Assembly: GCF_006345805.1 (NCBI RefSeq)
Contig: NC_043013.1
Coordinates: 32,860,001 to 32,924,000 of the forward strand
From: Octopus sinensis
Taxonomy: Eukaryota
Length of the DNA stretch: 64,000 nucleotides
Direction: 5' to 3'
The position numbers and the translations under genes are program-made. Of this stretch, positions 41,414 through 55,139 are shown piece after piece. Below the pieces are notes generated by a model. The model was given only the letters and a program-made list of their open reading frames with translations. It was not told the DNA's origin and made no database searches. Every line of letters starts with the position of its first letter. The first letter of the stretch is position 1.

Positions 41414-41785
41414 ATTATATATAAATATATTATATATATATATTATGTATATTTATATATATATATGTATACACACACACATGCATATATGTCATATATG
41501 TATGTGTATTTGTGTGTGTCTTTGGGGAACGAAAAATAGCAGGAATTAAATTCCTAATAAAATTAAATATAATTATCTATGTTTTTTTATTAAATAAATA
41601 AGAACATGATAAATAATAATACTAGAAATGAATTTTAAAAGAAAAACAAAACGGGTAAATAGTGATATTTTATCAAATTGCAAAAAAATGATGCAGCTAA
41701 TATCATAAATGAGAGCAATAACAATGACAGTGAGAGACGACTAGCTAGGGTGTTGTCAATGATAATAATAATAATAATAATAATA

Positions 41786-41829
<44 letters not shown>

Positions 41830-42163
41830 TAATGATAATAATACTAATGATGATGATGATGATGATGATGGTGATGATAATGACGATGATGATGATGGTG
41901 ATGATAATGACGATGATGATGATGGTGATAATAATGACGATAATGATGATGATGGTGATGATGAACATGATGAACATGATGATGATGATGATGATAAGAA
42001 TAATAACAATATACCTTTTTAATAATAATAAAATTTCTGAAACCATCGATTTTTGTTTTTTTGTTTTTTACAATGTTACCCCTTAAAATACAACAATAAC
42101 AATAATTGATTTTTTTGTAGAAAAACTACAACAACAATAATAAAGGTAGCGATTTCCTTACTC

Positions 42164-42231
<68 letters not shown>

Positions 42232-42667
42232 TGATCACGATGAGGATGATGACGATGATGATGAAGATGTTGATGAGGATGATGAAGATGTTGATGATGA
42301 TAATAATAATAAAGATAAAAACTACATCAATATTAGGAACAGTTATATCCATGTTAGCTTCAAAGCGCTTTCATTGCATTCTGATGATTACATCGGTAAG
42401 ATGCAGGCGATTGGGGTAACAAAGCTGTCGTTTTTTTGTTGTTGTTTTATTGCTGTTGTAGTTGTTGCTGTAGTACATGTTGTTGCACTGGTTGTTGTTG
42501 TTGTTGCGGTTGTTGTTGTTGTTGTTGCTGTTACTGTCGTCATCGTTATGGTCGATGAGGTTGTAACCGTTAGTCAAACATATTATCGAAATATTATTGC
42601 TGCAGATAATATACACATAATTGTGTTGTGAATGTGTGTGTGTGTGGGGGGGGGAAATGTATATCCG

Positions 42668-42708
<41 letters not shown>

Positions 42709-42788
42709 TATACATATATACATATATATATACATATATATACATATATATATATACATATATATATATACATCATATATATATATAT

Positions 42789-42837
<49 letters not shown>

Positions 42838-43123
42838 GTATATGTGTATATATTATATTATATAATATATATGAATGTATATAGGTAAATATGAAGAGAA
42901 AGAGAAAGAAAGGGTGAGAAAGAGAGAGACAGAGAGAGAATGGGTGAGAGAAACAAAATTCCGGTCCAGCTTCGGAATTGTTCTTTGATATCTTTGTTTC
43001 GGAAATTGATATATAAATTTGATATGTTACACGAAATACCTTTGATATATTATACAAAATTTGAAATACTAACTGAATAATATATCTTCAAAAAGAATTT
43101 TTTTTTATTTTAATATCATATAT

Positions 43124-43177
<54 letters not shown>

Positions 43178-43213
43178 ATATAGTATATATATGTATGTAT
43201 ATAATATGCATGC

Positions 43214-43272
<59 letters not shown>

Positions 43273-43422
43273 CTATAATATGTGTGTGGGTGTTGTTTAT
43301 ATATATGTTTATGCTTTGGTGTGTATAGTTAAGTGGTTGCGTGTGCAGGTCATAGACGAACATGAACACACGGCGCATCGTGTATGTCAATAAGGATATA
43401 AGCATTATACATACACCTTATA

Positions 43423-43467
<45 letters not shown>

Positions 43468-43575
43468 ATATATATTATATATATATGTATATATGTATGT
43501 ATGTATGTATGCATGTATGTATATATGTATATATGTTATATATATATATATATATATACATATATATATAGTGTG

Positions 43576-43607
<32 letters not shown>

Positions 43608-44222
43608 TGTGGTGTATATATATATATATGTATATATATATTATATATATATATCTATATATATATATATATAGATGAATACTCAACACAGCTCTACTTT
43701 TCCGCTTTAACTATGCTTTGAAATATTTGTTTATCTATCCCTCTAACTACCAAGCAAAATTTCTTTCTCTCCTTCTCCCTCCTTCACTCTCTCCTTTTTT
43801 CCTGTATCCCCCTCTCTCTCTCTCTCTCTATGTATATATATATACATTTATGTTAATATATTTATATACACCTAACTATTAATACATGTAACTATATGAA
43901 TATAAATATATACACCGTATTATACTTGATGAAAAATGTATAAATACTCCGAAGTCCACATTCCTATTGTCATTGATTATGACGCCGAAATTATATTTCG
44001 AGTGAAAAAAAATTTCGTTTCAAGCTCGGAATTATATGGCTACATATCACAGATTTTGACAAGGTGATACAAAGTATATACATAAATATATACAGAGACA
44101 TATAGATACGAACTAAATATATAATTGAATTATATGGCAAAAAAGAAATATTTATGCGAATTTCGTATAAGTCATATATTGTGTGTTATTAAATAGAGGC
44201 TGATCACCAAAAATAATGAACG

Positions 44223-44422
44223 ATACTTTAAAACGGTTCCCAATATAAACAGAGTGATAGTAATATTAGTAACGCATAACCAATGGCATATTATATTTAC
44301 AAATAGGCCAAACTTAACTGTGATATCTTTTATTCTTGCGAGTAATGGACATAGAAAAGAAATAGTCAAATGGCTCAGCAACATTTTCCTTTCTTGAAAA
44401 TGTATGGCGAATATATATCATA

Positions 44423-44463
<41 letters not shown>

Positions 44464-44509
44464 TAGCGAATATATATCATACATCATATATATATATATA
44501 TATACGTGT

Positions 44510-44555
<46 letters not shown>

Positions 44556-45013
44556 ATATATATGTATATAATATTAATTAGAGACAAAACCACTATTATA
44601 CAAATCAAACATATATGGATATATATAGATATATTTAATTCATATACATATATGTATATATATATTTGGATTTTTGTTTATTTGTTTATTTGTTAGTATT
44701 GTCTGTTTATGGAATATGTTACAGCCTTAATTAGTATACTAGGGCGCTTGTAGTTTCTAATGAATTTTTACGCACTTTTCGCATTTCTGTTCATACAGGC
44801 TAAACATTTCTCCGGAATATATGATAAATATTTCAAAACATATGTACAATAGGTGTAGGAGTGGCTGTGTGGTAAGTAGCTTGCTTACGAACCACATGGT
44901 TCCGGTTTCAGTCCCACTGCGTGGCACATTGTGCAAGTGTCTTCTACTATAGCTTCGGGCCGACCAAAGCCTTGTGAGTGGATTTGGTAGACGGAAATAG
45001 TAAGAAGTCCGTC

Positions 45014-45071
<58 letters not shown>

Positions 45072-45650
45072 ATATTTTTGGGTCTGTGTTTGTCTTCCCA
45101 ACATCGCTTGACAACCGATGCTGATGTGTTTACGTCCCCTTTACTTAGCGGTTCGGCAAAAGAGTCCGACAGAATAAGTACTAAGCTTACAAAGAATAAG
45201 TCTTGGGGTCGATTTGCTCGACTAAAGGCGGTGCTTCTGCATGGCTGCAGTCAAATGACTGAAATAAGTAAAAGAGTAAAGAGTAATGCGTCGTCGTCAT
45301 CATCATCATCATCATCATCATCATCGCTGCCAGCCTGTAATCTGAAAAAAAGCGAACATACAGTTATGTATGTATATACATGTTAAAATTTAGAACAAAC
45401 AGTAAAAAGTATAGTATTCACGGTTTCGAATGTCGGAGCGAAGAGCTATGATACATTTTCGTCGTCTATACTTTAAAACGGTTTGCAATATAAACATAAC
45501 GATGGAACTATTAGTGACTAGCTCATAGCCAATTGCATATTATATACACAAATAGGCCAAACTTAACGGTAATATATTTTATTCTTGCGAGGAATGGACA
45601 GAGAAAAGAAATAGTCAACTGGCTCAGTAACGTTTTCCTTTCCTGAAAAT
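44223..45650 (+). repeat. ~180-bp direct duplication (44223-44400 and 45468-45650)
   Basis: Shared atactttaaaacggtt..caatataaaca...gcatattatat..acaaataggccaaacttaac.gt.atat.ttttattcttgcgag.aatggaca.agaaaagaaatagtcaa.tggctcag.aac.ttttcctttc.tgaaaat. Confidence 0.85.
44851..45285 (+). mobile_element. SINE family 2, full length, with internal (TA)n(TG)n microsatellite
   Basis: tRNA-like head gtaggagtggctgtgtggtaag..ggttccggtttcagtccc; CORE-like gcacattgtgcaagtgtctt; microsatellite 45016-45072; 3' half ending aagtaaaagagtaaagagta. Confidence 0.85.
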
Positions 45651-45761
45651 ATACGAACTATAATGGCAACCTTTTACTGTTTGTCCTAAATTATAACATA
45701 TATAGATAACCCTCTATCTATCAAATATCGAGGTCTCATTCTTTTCTTATTACTTACTATA

Positions 45762-45840
<79 letters not shown>

Positions 45841-46341
45841 GAGTGAGAGAGCAGTGCATGCCATCAAAGTGACACTGCGGTAAAATATACGATGCCCAGT
45901 ATACCCATCATGACTACCCGTCTGATAAAGGTACACTAGGTAAATGCATCACAACCATATGTGCGCGACATGGTGATCTCATATCAAGATAAACAGCACA
46001 TGACCTTGCAGGTTGGCCCCTGTTAGGATTTTCTTCTGGTTGAGTAACCCATCCCGCTCAAAAGGTCCCTGACTAAGGGTTGTTTAAGGATGTTGAACGA
46101 AACACCCATGTCTCCAAAGGTGAATTATTCAAACACCAAAGAATCTCTCTCAACACATGGCTATGATGCTCGCCCACTACTTTTGCTCGTGATCAGAGAT
46201 GCACATATCGTCAACCACCAAGGGACATGCTCAATTGGTTAAGGTCAAACAAGTGACAAGCAAATATGTGGTATTAAGCAGAATATTTGCTGTAGCCCAT
46301 CTTTTATACCAAGACAAATCAACGTACATAACCCTTCCAAT
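45841..46341 (-). mobile_element. ~500-bp non-coding element embedded in (TAA)n (candidate R4/Dong 3' UTR or dependent non-autonomous element)
   Basis: A complex, GC-richer block with sharp edges against (ATT)n at 45762-45840 and 46342-46670. In minus orientation it ends ctctctcactc-aataataat. No recognisable protein. Confidence 0.55.
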
Positions 46342-46359
46342 TATTATTATTATTATTAC

Positions 46360-46416
<57 letters not shown>

Positions 46417-46575
46417 TATTATTATTATTATATTATATTATTATTATTATTATTATTATTATCATTATTATTATTATTATTATCATTATTATCATTATTA
46501 TTATTATTGTTATTATCGTTATTATTATTATTATTATCATTATTATCATTATTATCATTATCATTACTATTATTA

Positions 46576-46606
<31 letters not shown>

Positions 46607-46687
46607 TATTATTGTTGTTATTATTGTTATTATTACTATTATTATCATCGTTATTATTATTGTCATTATTAAATACACACGCACACA

Positions 46688-46755
<68 letters not shown>

Positions 46756-48264
46756 TGTAATGTCTATAGGAATTCTGTTGGTGAAATTCTTTCAATCATT
46801 CATTGTTATATGTATTACTGTATGTATGAAGATCGCACTATGATTTAGAAACAAAAGATTTTTTTAAGAAGCACTGATGTTGTAATAGATTGTATCAGAA
46901 ATGTCGCTATATACTTGCAAACATACAACAACACAATCACTCACATGAATGCACAAATACCCAGAAACACAGGCGGAAAGATACGCACACAGACACATAT
47001 TGAAACACATATAGAAACTTACATATGCACACATATCTAAAATGATATAATTACGCCAACAGGAATACACGAACACGAAGGCTACATTGTTCTGACAGTT
47101 GATTATTTGCAATAAAGTTCCCACTTAACAGAAATTGCATCACTACACGTTGTATTATCCTAGTCAGTAAAATACCACAGACACGCAAATACATGCCTAT
47201 GCGCATACACAAGCGTAGATGTCTATTCATATACGTGCAACTGCACACCCAGACAGACATACACACATACCTCAAACTTACAAAATATATATAAAAAATC
47301 AAACCTGACAACTAAAATAAGTTTAGTGAAGCAACGTTCATTAAATTGCAACTCCGTTCATCAGAAGTCAAATGAAAACCTGCATTTGGACACATTGATA
47401 GGAAATTGGCATATTTTGAAGCAAGGAAGGAGAGGACTGAGCTTTTGGTGCTTCTGAGAGGTAACAAGTAGAGGAATCTTATTAGAGGACAGCAACCAGA
47501 ATACTACAATCGGTATGCAAAAGATTATACCTACACTATTCGATTTTCTTTTGTTTGTTTCTGAATGAGGTGCATTTGTTTCTTTAAATCACAATAAACG
47601 AATAATTAACATGTGTGGAACGTAATCTAATTATTGATATTCAGTATACAAAACTCTCTCCTCTGGTATTTTCTCTCAGCTATATTGTTTGTGAAGGATT
47701 TAGAACGGCCATTTTAACTACGTTTCTCTTCGACCACAACCCACGTTAAGAATCCCTTCTTATATCCGAGGGCCACCCTGTAAAACAAAGAAAACGCACA
47801 AACTAGACATTGTAGAATTAAATACTCATGCTGAGACGGGATGGTCGTGGTTTGATTGCATTTAATCTACATGGAATATAGTGCGGTAATTTGCTTCAAT
47901 TTATTGTATTTTGATTTCAAATACGATCCAGTTAAGCTTACCTGTCATCATTACGTGGTAAGTCAATTTGGATGGGTTGTAATAAGAGAAGGGTTGTGTG
48001 GGATCAATCACAACATTCTGCCTTTCAGAAAAGGAGAATATTTTATTGAGCGAGCTTGCAAAAACTCACCTTAAAATATTCAGTCATACATTCAGATTTT
48101 ACGGTGTTTAAAGATTTCTGTTCCAATTGGCTCGAGAATACTTTGTGGATAATTTTGATCTGAAACAACTGGATCATGTCTGAATTTTAAACGACAATAA
48201 GGGATGAAACTTTAAAACACGGAAGACAAAGATCTCAACTACAAGGAATTAATTCTCTCCATGC

Positions 48265-48450
48265 CATGAGGGACATAAGACCGCAACACAATGTCTCCAA
48301 CCAGCTCTATTTGCTGCCACTATTTTCATCTCGTTCCAGCTTCTCCAGCCTTCTAGTCTATTTGCTTGGTAATGGTTCTTCCCCATGTGGTTTTACAGCA
48401 CCCTACTGTCCCTTTGCACTCAGGATCCCACTTTGGTGCTACCATACAAT
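48265..48450 (-). pseudogene. RTE-clade LINE, extreme C-terminal fragment
   Basis: Minus strand gives PKWDPECKGTVGCCKTTWGRTI and RSWNEMKIVAANRAGWRHCVAVLCP, resembling the RTE C-terminal pattern W.P.GKR.RGRP.TTW.R..W.E....A.DR..WR..V..LC. Confidence 0.6.
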
Positions 48451-49077
48451 AGTGAAAGAAATAAGAGCCTAAAATCTGAAATATCTGATGAGCAGTTAAG
48501 ATTTTTGAACAGAAACATGTTTTTCATAACTTTATTTACTTACAGCTAAGCATCTTACTTGATTTCTATAACAAAATGCAACGTGAATACCATTATTTTG
48601 AACTGAATACATGCATGCAATTGATTCGAATGAAAGTACAGATATAATACAACTGTATATAAATGGGGAGACAATATGAGGCTTCGAGTTTCTTGAATAC
48701 AAACAAAAGAGATTAATAATAACATTATATTTACAGTTTAGGTAATAGAACAACAGAATTACAAACACACGTACATACATATTGACATACACTTAGAAGC
48801 AGAGACATTCACTGATATAACATATAATTAAAATAAAATTTAAAAAATTACTTATCGTCTTTAGAAGAACAAAACGTATTTATGCATATAAATATAATAT
48901 ACATGCTTATATATGTGTGTATCACCACCCACTCCCGTTTCTATCTCTTCTCTCTCCTCTCTCTATCACATATACATATGTATATGCATGTACGTATGTT
49001 TGTATGCATATATGTATATGTAAATATATATATATATATATTATATATATACATGCATATATATATATATATGTATA

Positions 49078-49124
<47 letters not shown>

Positions 49125-49264
49125 TATATATACATACATACATACATAACATTGTAAACTTTTATCTTACGTTAATTGCCTAATTCTCTAAATACTCGTA
49201 TACAGCGAAACTTTGATTCATTCTTATTCAACACACACAGACATGTATATATAATATATATATA

Positions 49265-49337
<73 letters not shown>

Positions 49338-49342
49338 GTATG

Positions 49343-49409
<67 letters not shown>

Positions 49410-49870
49410 TATTAATATAAATATAATATACCTTATATATATGTTTGCGTGTATGTATAATACACCTTATATATATATATATGTGTATATAACTACATAC
49501 ACTAATATGCGCATGCACGAACACACACTCTCCCACATTATAGCTCTCAGTCGATCTCTCGTTCATTTCCTTTTTTCATAAATTCCATCAGTCTTCTATT
49601 ATTCTTACTTTCAATATTCATTCTCAACCTTATAATTTATCTTTCTCTTTTATTTTTTACTGTTCGTTTCTCGTGCATGTAATGTTACTTTTTTTGTTAT
49701 GAAATAAACTTTCTCTTCCATTTCATATAATATTCCTGTTCCTCCTTCGTTTTAAACAATCACTTTTCTGCAATTATCTACCCATCGATCTTTAAGGCAC
49801 CCGTTTTCTCTTCCCCTTTCTAATTATACATGCCATACATACATACATATATACATACACACACACACTC

Positions 49871-49901
<31 letters not shown>

Positions 49902-50367
49902 CATATATGTATGATGTTATACGTAAGTATATATTTGTGTAGAGTTATATATAGGATATATACACACAAACACACACACACACATACACACACGCATTTT
50001 AATTTGCCTTATATATGCATTATATATGCATATATTATATGCATGATACATTTCTCTTTGTGTTTCTTCTTTATACGTATATTTTTTCCTATTTCAGTTT
50101 ATACGAAAAAACTTTTCTATTCTTCAAAAAATTTTTTTCTTTCTAACTTTGACCCTGTAGGGCAAATAACACTAGCGGTTTATCAGTTCCTTATGGTTCA
50201 TGTCAAGTAAGAAACGCTGAAATTAAAGAAAATATTAACTTCTATAAAGGAAAAAAAAAGCACTTTCTAACAGAGTTTCAAAAGTATGTTCAGCGTCGAC
50301 AATAAACAACACCGAAGACAATAACGGCAACGAAAACAACAGCAACACAACCACACACTATTATTTT

Positions 50368-51062
50368 CTACTCTAGGCATAGGGATTGAAATTTTGGGGA
50401 GGTGGCCAGTCGATTAGATCGATCCCAGTACGTAACTGGTAGTTTATTTTTCGATCTCAAAAAGCGAAGTCGACATCGGTGGAATTTGAACTCAGAACAT
50501 AGAGACAGACGAAATACCGCTAAGCATTTCGCCCGGTGTTCTAACGTTTCTGCCAGCTTGCCGCCTTACAACCACCATCATTATCATCATCAATAATAAT
50601 AGCTTCAAATGTTGGCACACGGACAGCAATTTCGCTGGAAGCGGGTAATTTAATTATATCAGCCTCATTGCACAGCTGGTACTTACTTTAACGAGACTGA
50701 AAGAATGAAAGGCAAAGTCGGTGGAATTTGAACTCAGAGCATAAAGACGAACGAAATCTCCCAAAGAATTTTGTCCGGGGTGCTAACCATTCAGCCAGCT
50801 CACCGCCTCAATAACAGTAATAACAATAGTAATCCTTTCTGTTGGAAGCACAAGGGCTCAAATTTGGGAGAAGGGATTAAGTCGTTTACACCGACCCCAG
50901 TGCGTAACTTGTACATATTTAATCGACCCCGAAAAGATGAAATGCAAAGTCGACCCCGGAGGAATTTGAACTCGACTGAATTTGAACTCAAATCGTAGCG
51001 ACGAGCGAAATACTGCTAAGCATTTCGTCCGGCAGGTTAACGATTACACCAGCTCGCCGCCT
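50368..51062 (-). mobile_element. Cluster of three SINE family 1 copies
   Basis: Each ends (plus strand) in gccagct.gccgcct(t); internal aaagtcgac..cgg.ggaatttgaactc. Confidence 0.85.
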
Positions 51063-51083
51063 TATATAATAATAATAATAATC

Positions 51084-51183
<100 letters not shown>

Positions 51184-51351
51184 TAAGAAGAAGACGAAGA
51201 AAAAGAAGAAGAACATGGATGTACTAAAGCAGGTTCGTCATTCAAAAACAAATCTAATCCAATAACATCCATGGAATTAGATAAAGGAAGACTTGAAGGA
51301 TGCGGCCTTTTAACGAAAATACTACAAAAGAAACGATATTTTACTGCCAAC

Positions 51352-51838
51352 ATTGCCTTTCATCCTTTCGGGGTCGATTAAATTAGTACCAGTTACGCAC
51401 TGGGGTATATATAATCGACTTAATCCGTTTGTCTGTCCTTGTTTGTCCTCTCTGTGTTTAGCCCCTTGTGGGTAGTAAAGAAATAGGTATTTCGTCTGTC
51501 TTTGTGTTCTGAGTTCAAATTCCACCGAGGTCGACTTTGCCTTTCATCGGGGTCGATTAAATAAACTACCAGTTACGCACTGGAGTCGATATAATCGACT
51601 TAATCCGTTTGTCTGTCCTTGTTTGTCTCCTCTGCGTGTAGCCCCGTGTGGGTAGTAAAGAAATAGGTATTTCGTCTGCGCTACGTTCTGAGTTCAAATT
51701 CTGCCAAGATGAACTATGCCCTTCACTTTTTAAATGGATCGATAAATTTAGTACCTGTGAAACACTAGGGTTGATGTGATCGACTATCCCCTCCCTTTCT
51801 ATAACAGATTCCAGGCATTGTGCATAGAGTAGAAAAGA
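51352..51838 (+). mobile_element. SINE family 1 trimer with 180-bp internal period
   Basis: gtaaagaaataggtatttcgtctg junction at ~51475 and ~51655; the last unit has the short tail gcattgtgcatagagtagaaaag. Confidence 0.9.
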
Positions 51839-52254
51839 AGGGAAAAAACAAAAAATAATAGAACTGGAAGTATAATCTGCATAAAAATATTGCAGAACAT
51901 TTATTTGTCTTAGTGAATGTTTTATTAAAAAAATTATTTGCAAAGACAAAAAACAAAAAACAAAACAAAAAAAAAACAAACGAACAAAAAACACCCGAAA
52001 ATCCTAACGCCTTCCCCAAATCGAACGTAAAACAAAAGCAAAACAAAAGCAATGATGTAGGTGTATTATTGAAAATGTACGTAAATGAATAAGTACTTAC
52101 ATGTGTGTGTGTGGAGGTGAATGTCTGTGTACATGAGTGTGTGGTGGGTGTGCGCGTATGTGTGTGTTTATGTGTATTTGTGCGTGCATTTGTGGGAATC
52201 TTCGTTGATTTATGAGTAGTTTTTCCTCACGTTTACCTACGTGAACATACATTC

Positions 52255-52310
<56 letters not shown>

Positions 52311-52362
52311 ATATATATATGTATATAAATATATAAATATACATGTATGTATATATATATAT

Positions 52363-52399
<37 letters not shown>

Positions 52400-53102
52400 C
52401 ACGCTAGTTTATTACGCAGTGGGCATAAGTGCTGCGTTACCAGAGGGAAATAATCATACTGATGGTCCCTTGGGCAATTTGCATGACAATATTTCGAATT
52501 ACGAATTACAATTACACATATATATATATATATGTGTGTGTGTGTATGTGCAGGTACGTGTGTGTGTGTATATATATATATATATATCGTTGCTTTCATT
52601 TCTTCGTCTTCTCGTGTTTTTTTTTCCTGCTTATATCTTTTGTTTTTTTTTGGCAGTTCCTCTTTAGTTTTTTTGTATTTTCTATTTGTCTTTCATTCTA
52701 ACCCTGCAGATACACTACAACCAGCTCCAGTAGTTCATTTAATATATTTATATTTAGAGATGGAATCCATAAATAATTTAGAGAAAATATTAAACCTCTA
52801 TAGATGAATATGTATTTTGCTAGGAAAGTTTTAAAGTAGGGGGTGGGAATGGCTCTGCAAGTAAGCAGGTAGATAGGGAGGGAAAGAAAAACAATTCTCC
52901 CCGAAAATAAAACATTAAAATTTCCTTGCTTTGTTTCAGCTTTTGTCATTTAATGCTGTTTATTATTATTTTTTAATAATTATTATAAATGAATAAAATT
53001 CAATAAAGACGAATAGTTATAATAGATAATGTATTTATGAATTTTAACAATGTTGGCAATTCTGGAGAATCTACCTGACAGGACAAAAGCAAAACATTCC
53101 TT

Positions 53103-53334
53103 GTATGTATGTATGTATGTATGTATGTATGTATGTATGTATGTATGTATGTATGTATGTATGTATGTATGTATGTATGTATGTATGTATGTATGTATGT
53201 ATGTATGTATGTATGTATGTATGTATGTATGTATGTATGTATGTATGTATGTATGTATGTATGTATGTATGTATGTATGTATGTATGTATGTATGTATGT
53301 ATGTATGTATGTATGTATGTATGCATGTATGTAT
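53103..53334 (+). repeat. Long, nearly perfect (TATG)n microsatellite
   Basis: Uninterrupted gtat repeats to 53323; source of the YVCM/HTYI ORFs. Confidence 0.98.
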
Positions 53335-53515
53335 TTCTATATACAAAGATGTTTAAATGAATATGGGCGTGTGTATATATGTATTTGTGTATCTATATAT
53401 GTGTGTGTAGGTATGTGTGTATATATATATATATGTGTGTGTCTGTGCATATATATATATGCATATATATATATGCATATATATACATGCATGTGTGTAT
53501 ATATTTATATATGTA

Positions 53516-53551
<36 letters not shown>

Positions 53552-53992
53552 TGTATGTATGTATGTATGTGTGTATGGGCGTGTGGTGTGTGTGTGTATG
53601 CGTTGATAGCAATTTAGCATTTTACAAAGAGGAATGGTAAAGAGTATTCTCGTTTGTCGAAGATATTTGTTGTCTTAGGCAAATTTCTTTTTGCTTTACT
53701 TGAATATTAACAAAAGGGACGAAAGCATATGAATATTGACTATAACTGTTAGATTGGTGCAATGAAGTCAAACATGGACAAGTGTTCTACGAAAGTTTCG
53801 GCTTTTTTTATATTGTGAGTTCTAAAACCACTGATGTCAGCTTCGCTTTTCACTTCTAAAACTTGAAAAACAATGTACAATGCACTTAAAGTTTTCACCC
53901 TGTGCCAGTGTTCGAAGGTAATAAGAAATATGAATAACCACATCACAGTTGCAGACATTTTATGAAATATTTACTCAAATTCATGTTAGATA

Positions 53993-54120
53993 TGGTTTCA
54001 CGGTGCTTAAGATTTCACGGTACCTAAGATTTCACAGTATATAAAGATTCACTGTACATACAGTTCTACGGTACTTAAAGTTTCAAGATACATAAGCTTT
54101 CGAACTACATAAATTCTCAC
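53993..54120 (+). repeat. Degenerate ~17-bp minisatellite
   Basis: cacggtgcttaagattt / cacggtacctaagattt / cacagtatataaagatt / ctacggtacttaaagttt ... Confidence 0.7.
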
Positions 54121-54307
54121 GAGATGGCGATAGCATTGCTGCTTTCTTTTTCAGATACCATATCCACTGTATAATCAGATCTTTTATTGGAGGCAGTATA
54201 TATTACAGCTGAAGTAAAAACAATAGCAATTTCTGTCATTTTTGATTTCACCAGTTTGGTGACTTGACCCCAATATTAAATGCAATTGAATTATAACGCT
54301 ATTGTTT

Positions 54308-54520
54308 AAGGTGGCGTGCAGAAGGAAACTTTAGCACGTCGGACAAAATGACAAGCGGCATTTCGTCCGTCTTTATGCTCTGATTACAAAATCTATCGAG
54401 GCCTACTTTGCCTTAAATCCTTTCGCATCGATAAAATAAGTACCAGTCAAGTACTGGGGGCGATGTAATCGACTAGCTTCCTCTCCCAAAATTTCAGTCC
54501 CTGTGCATATATTTGAAAAG
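54308..54520 (+). mobile_element. SINE family 1
   Basis: ttaaggtggcgtgcag...gcggcatttcgtccgtc...cctttcgcatcgataaaataagtaccagtcaagtactgggg. Confidence 0.75.
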
Positions 54521-55001
54521 AATTATAACCCTATTCTTGCTGCTGCTGCTGATGTTGTTACTGCTGCTGCTGCAGCATTTATACTGCTGTAGTTTCACAG
54601 ATTGGTGCACTATAGTAACTGTTTTGTTAATTTAGGACCATCTGCAATAATACTATGTAGGATAGTTGACAGACTAGTTTTCTGCTCATGGACAAACCAG
54701 GTACATAAAGAACGGGAACTTCTCGTACATATGTTTACCAAAACACATTGATATGTATTTAAGTACACACACACACACACGCACAAACACATATATATGT
54801 GCGTGTGTATATATATATATATTTAAAATTTTTTAAAATGTTATCTAGTTTCAGCTCACGAGCTGTGGCCATGCTGGGGCACCGCCATTTGATAATAATA
54901 ATGTATGATAATAATAATAATATATATATGATATATATGACAATATATAAATATAATTATATATAAGTGTATATATATGTATATACATGATAATATATAT
55001 A

Positions 55002-55039
<38 letters not shown>

Positions 55040-55139
55040 TCTATTATATATATATATAATATACATCTATTATATATATATATATTATATATATATATAT
55101 ATAATATATATATATGTATATATGGCAATGATATGATAA

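Noticed and set aside
47770-47782. gggccaccctg-TA, resembling a Tc1/mariner TIR end
   Set aside because: Only 13 bp, with no partner TIR or transposase nearby.
48070-48159. Candidate 90-nt in-frame minus-strand exon (ttgtttcag| ... AAG|GTGAGT)
   Set aside because: Unrecognisable peptide; the next plausible exon would need an implausibly short (~40 nt) intron.
48484-48520. CUGAUGA...GAAAC on the plus strand
   Set aside because: No closing stem II pair and no stem I, so not a hammerhead.
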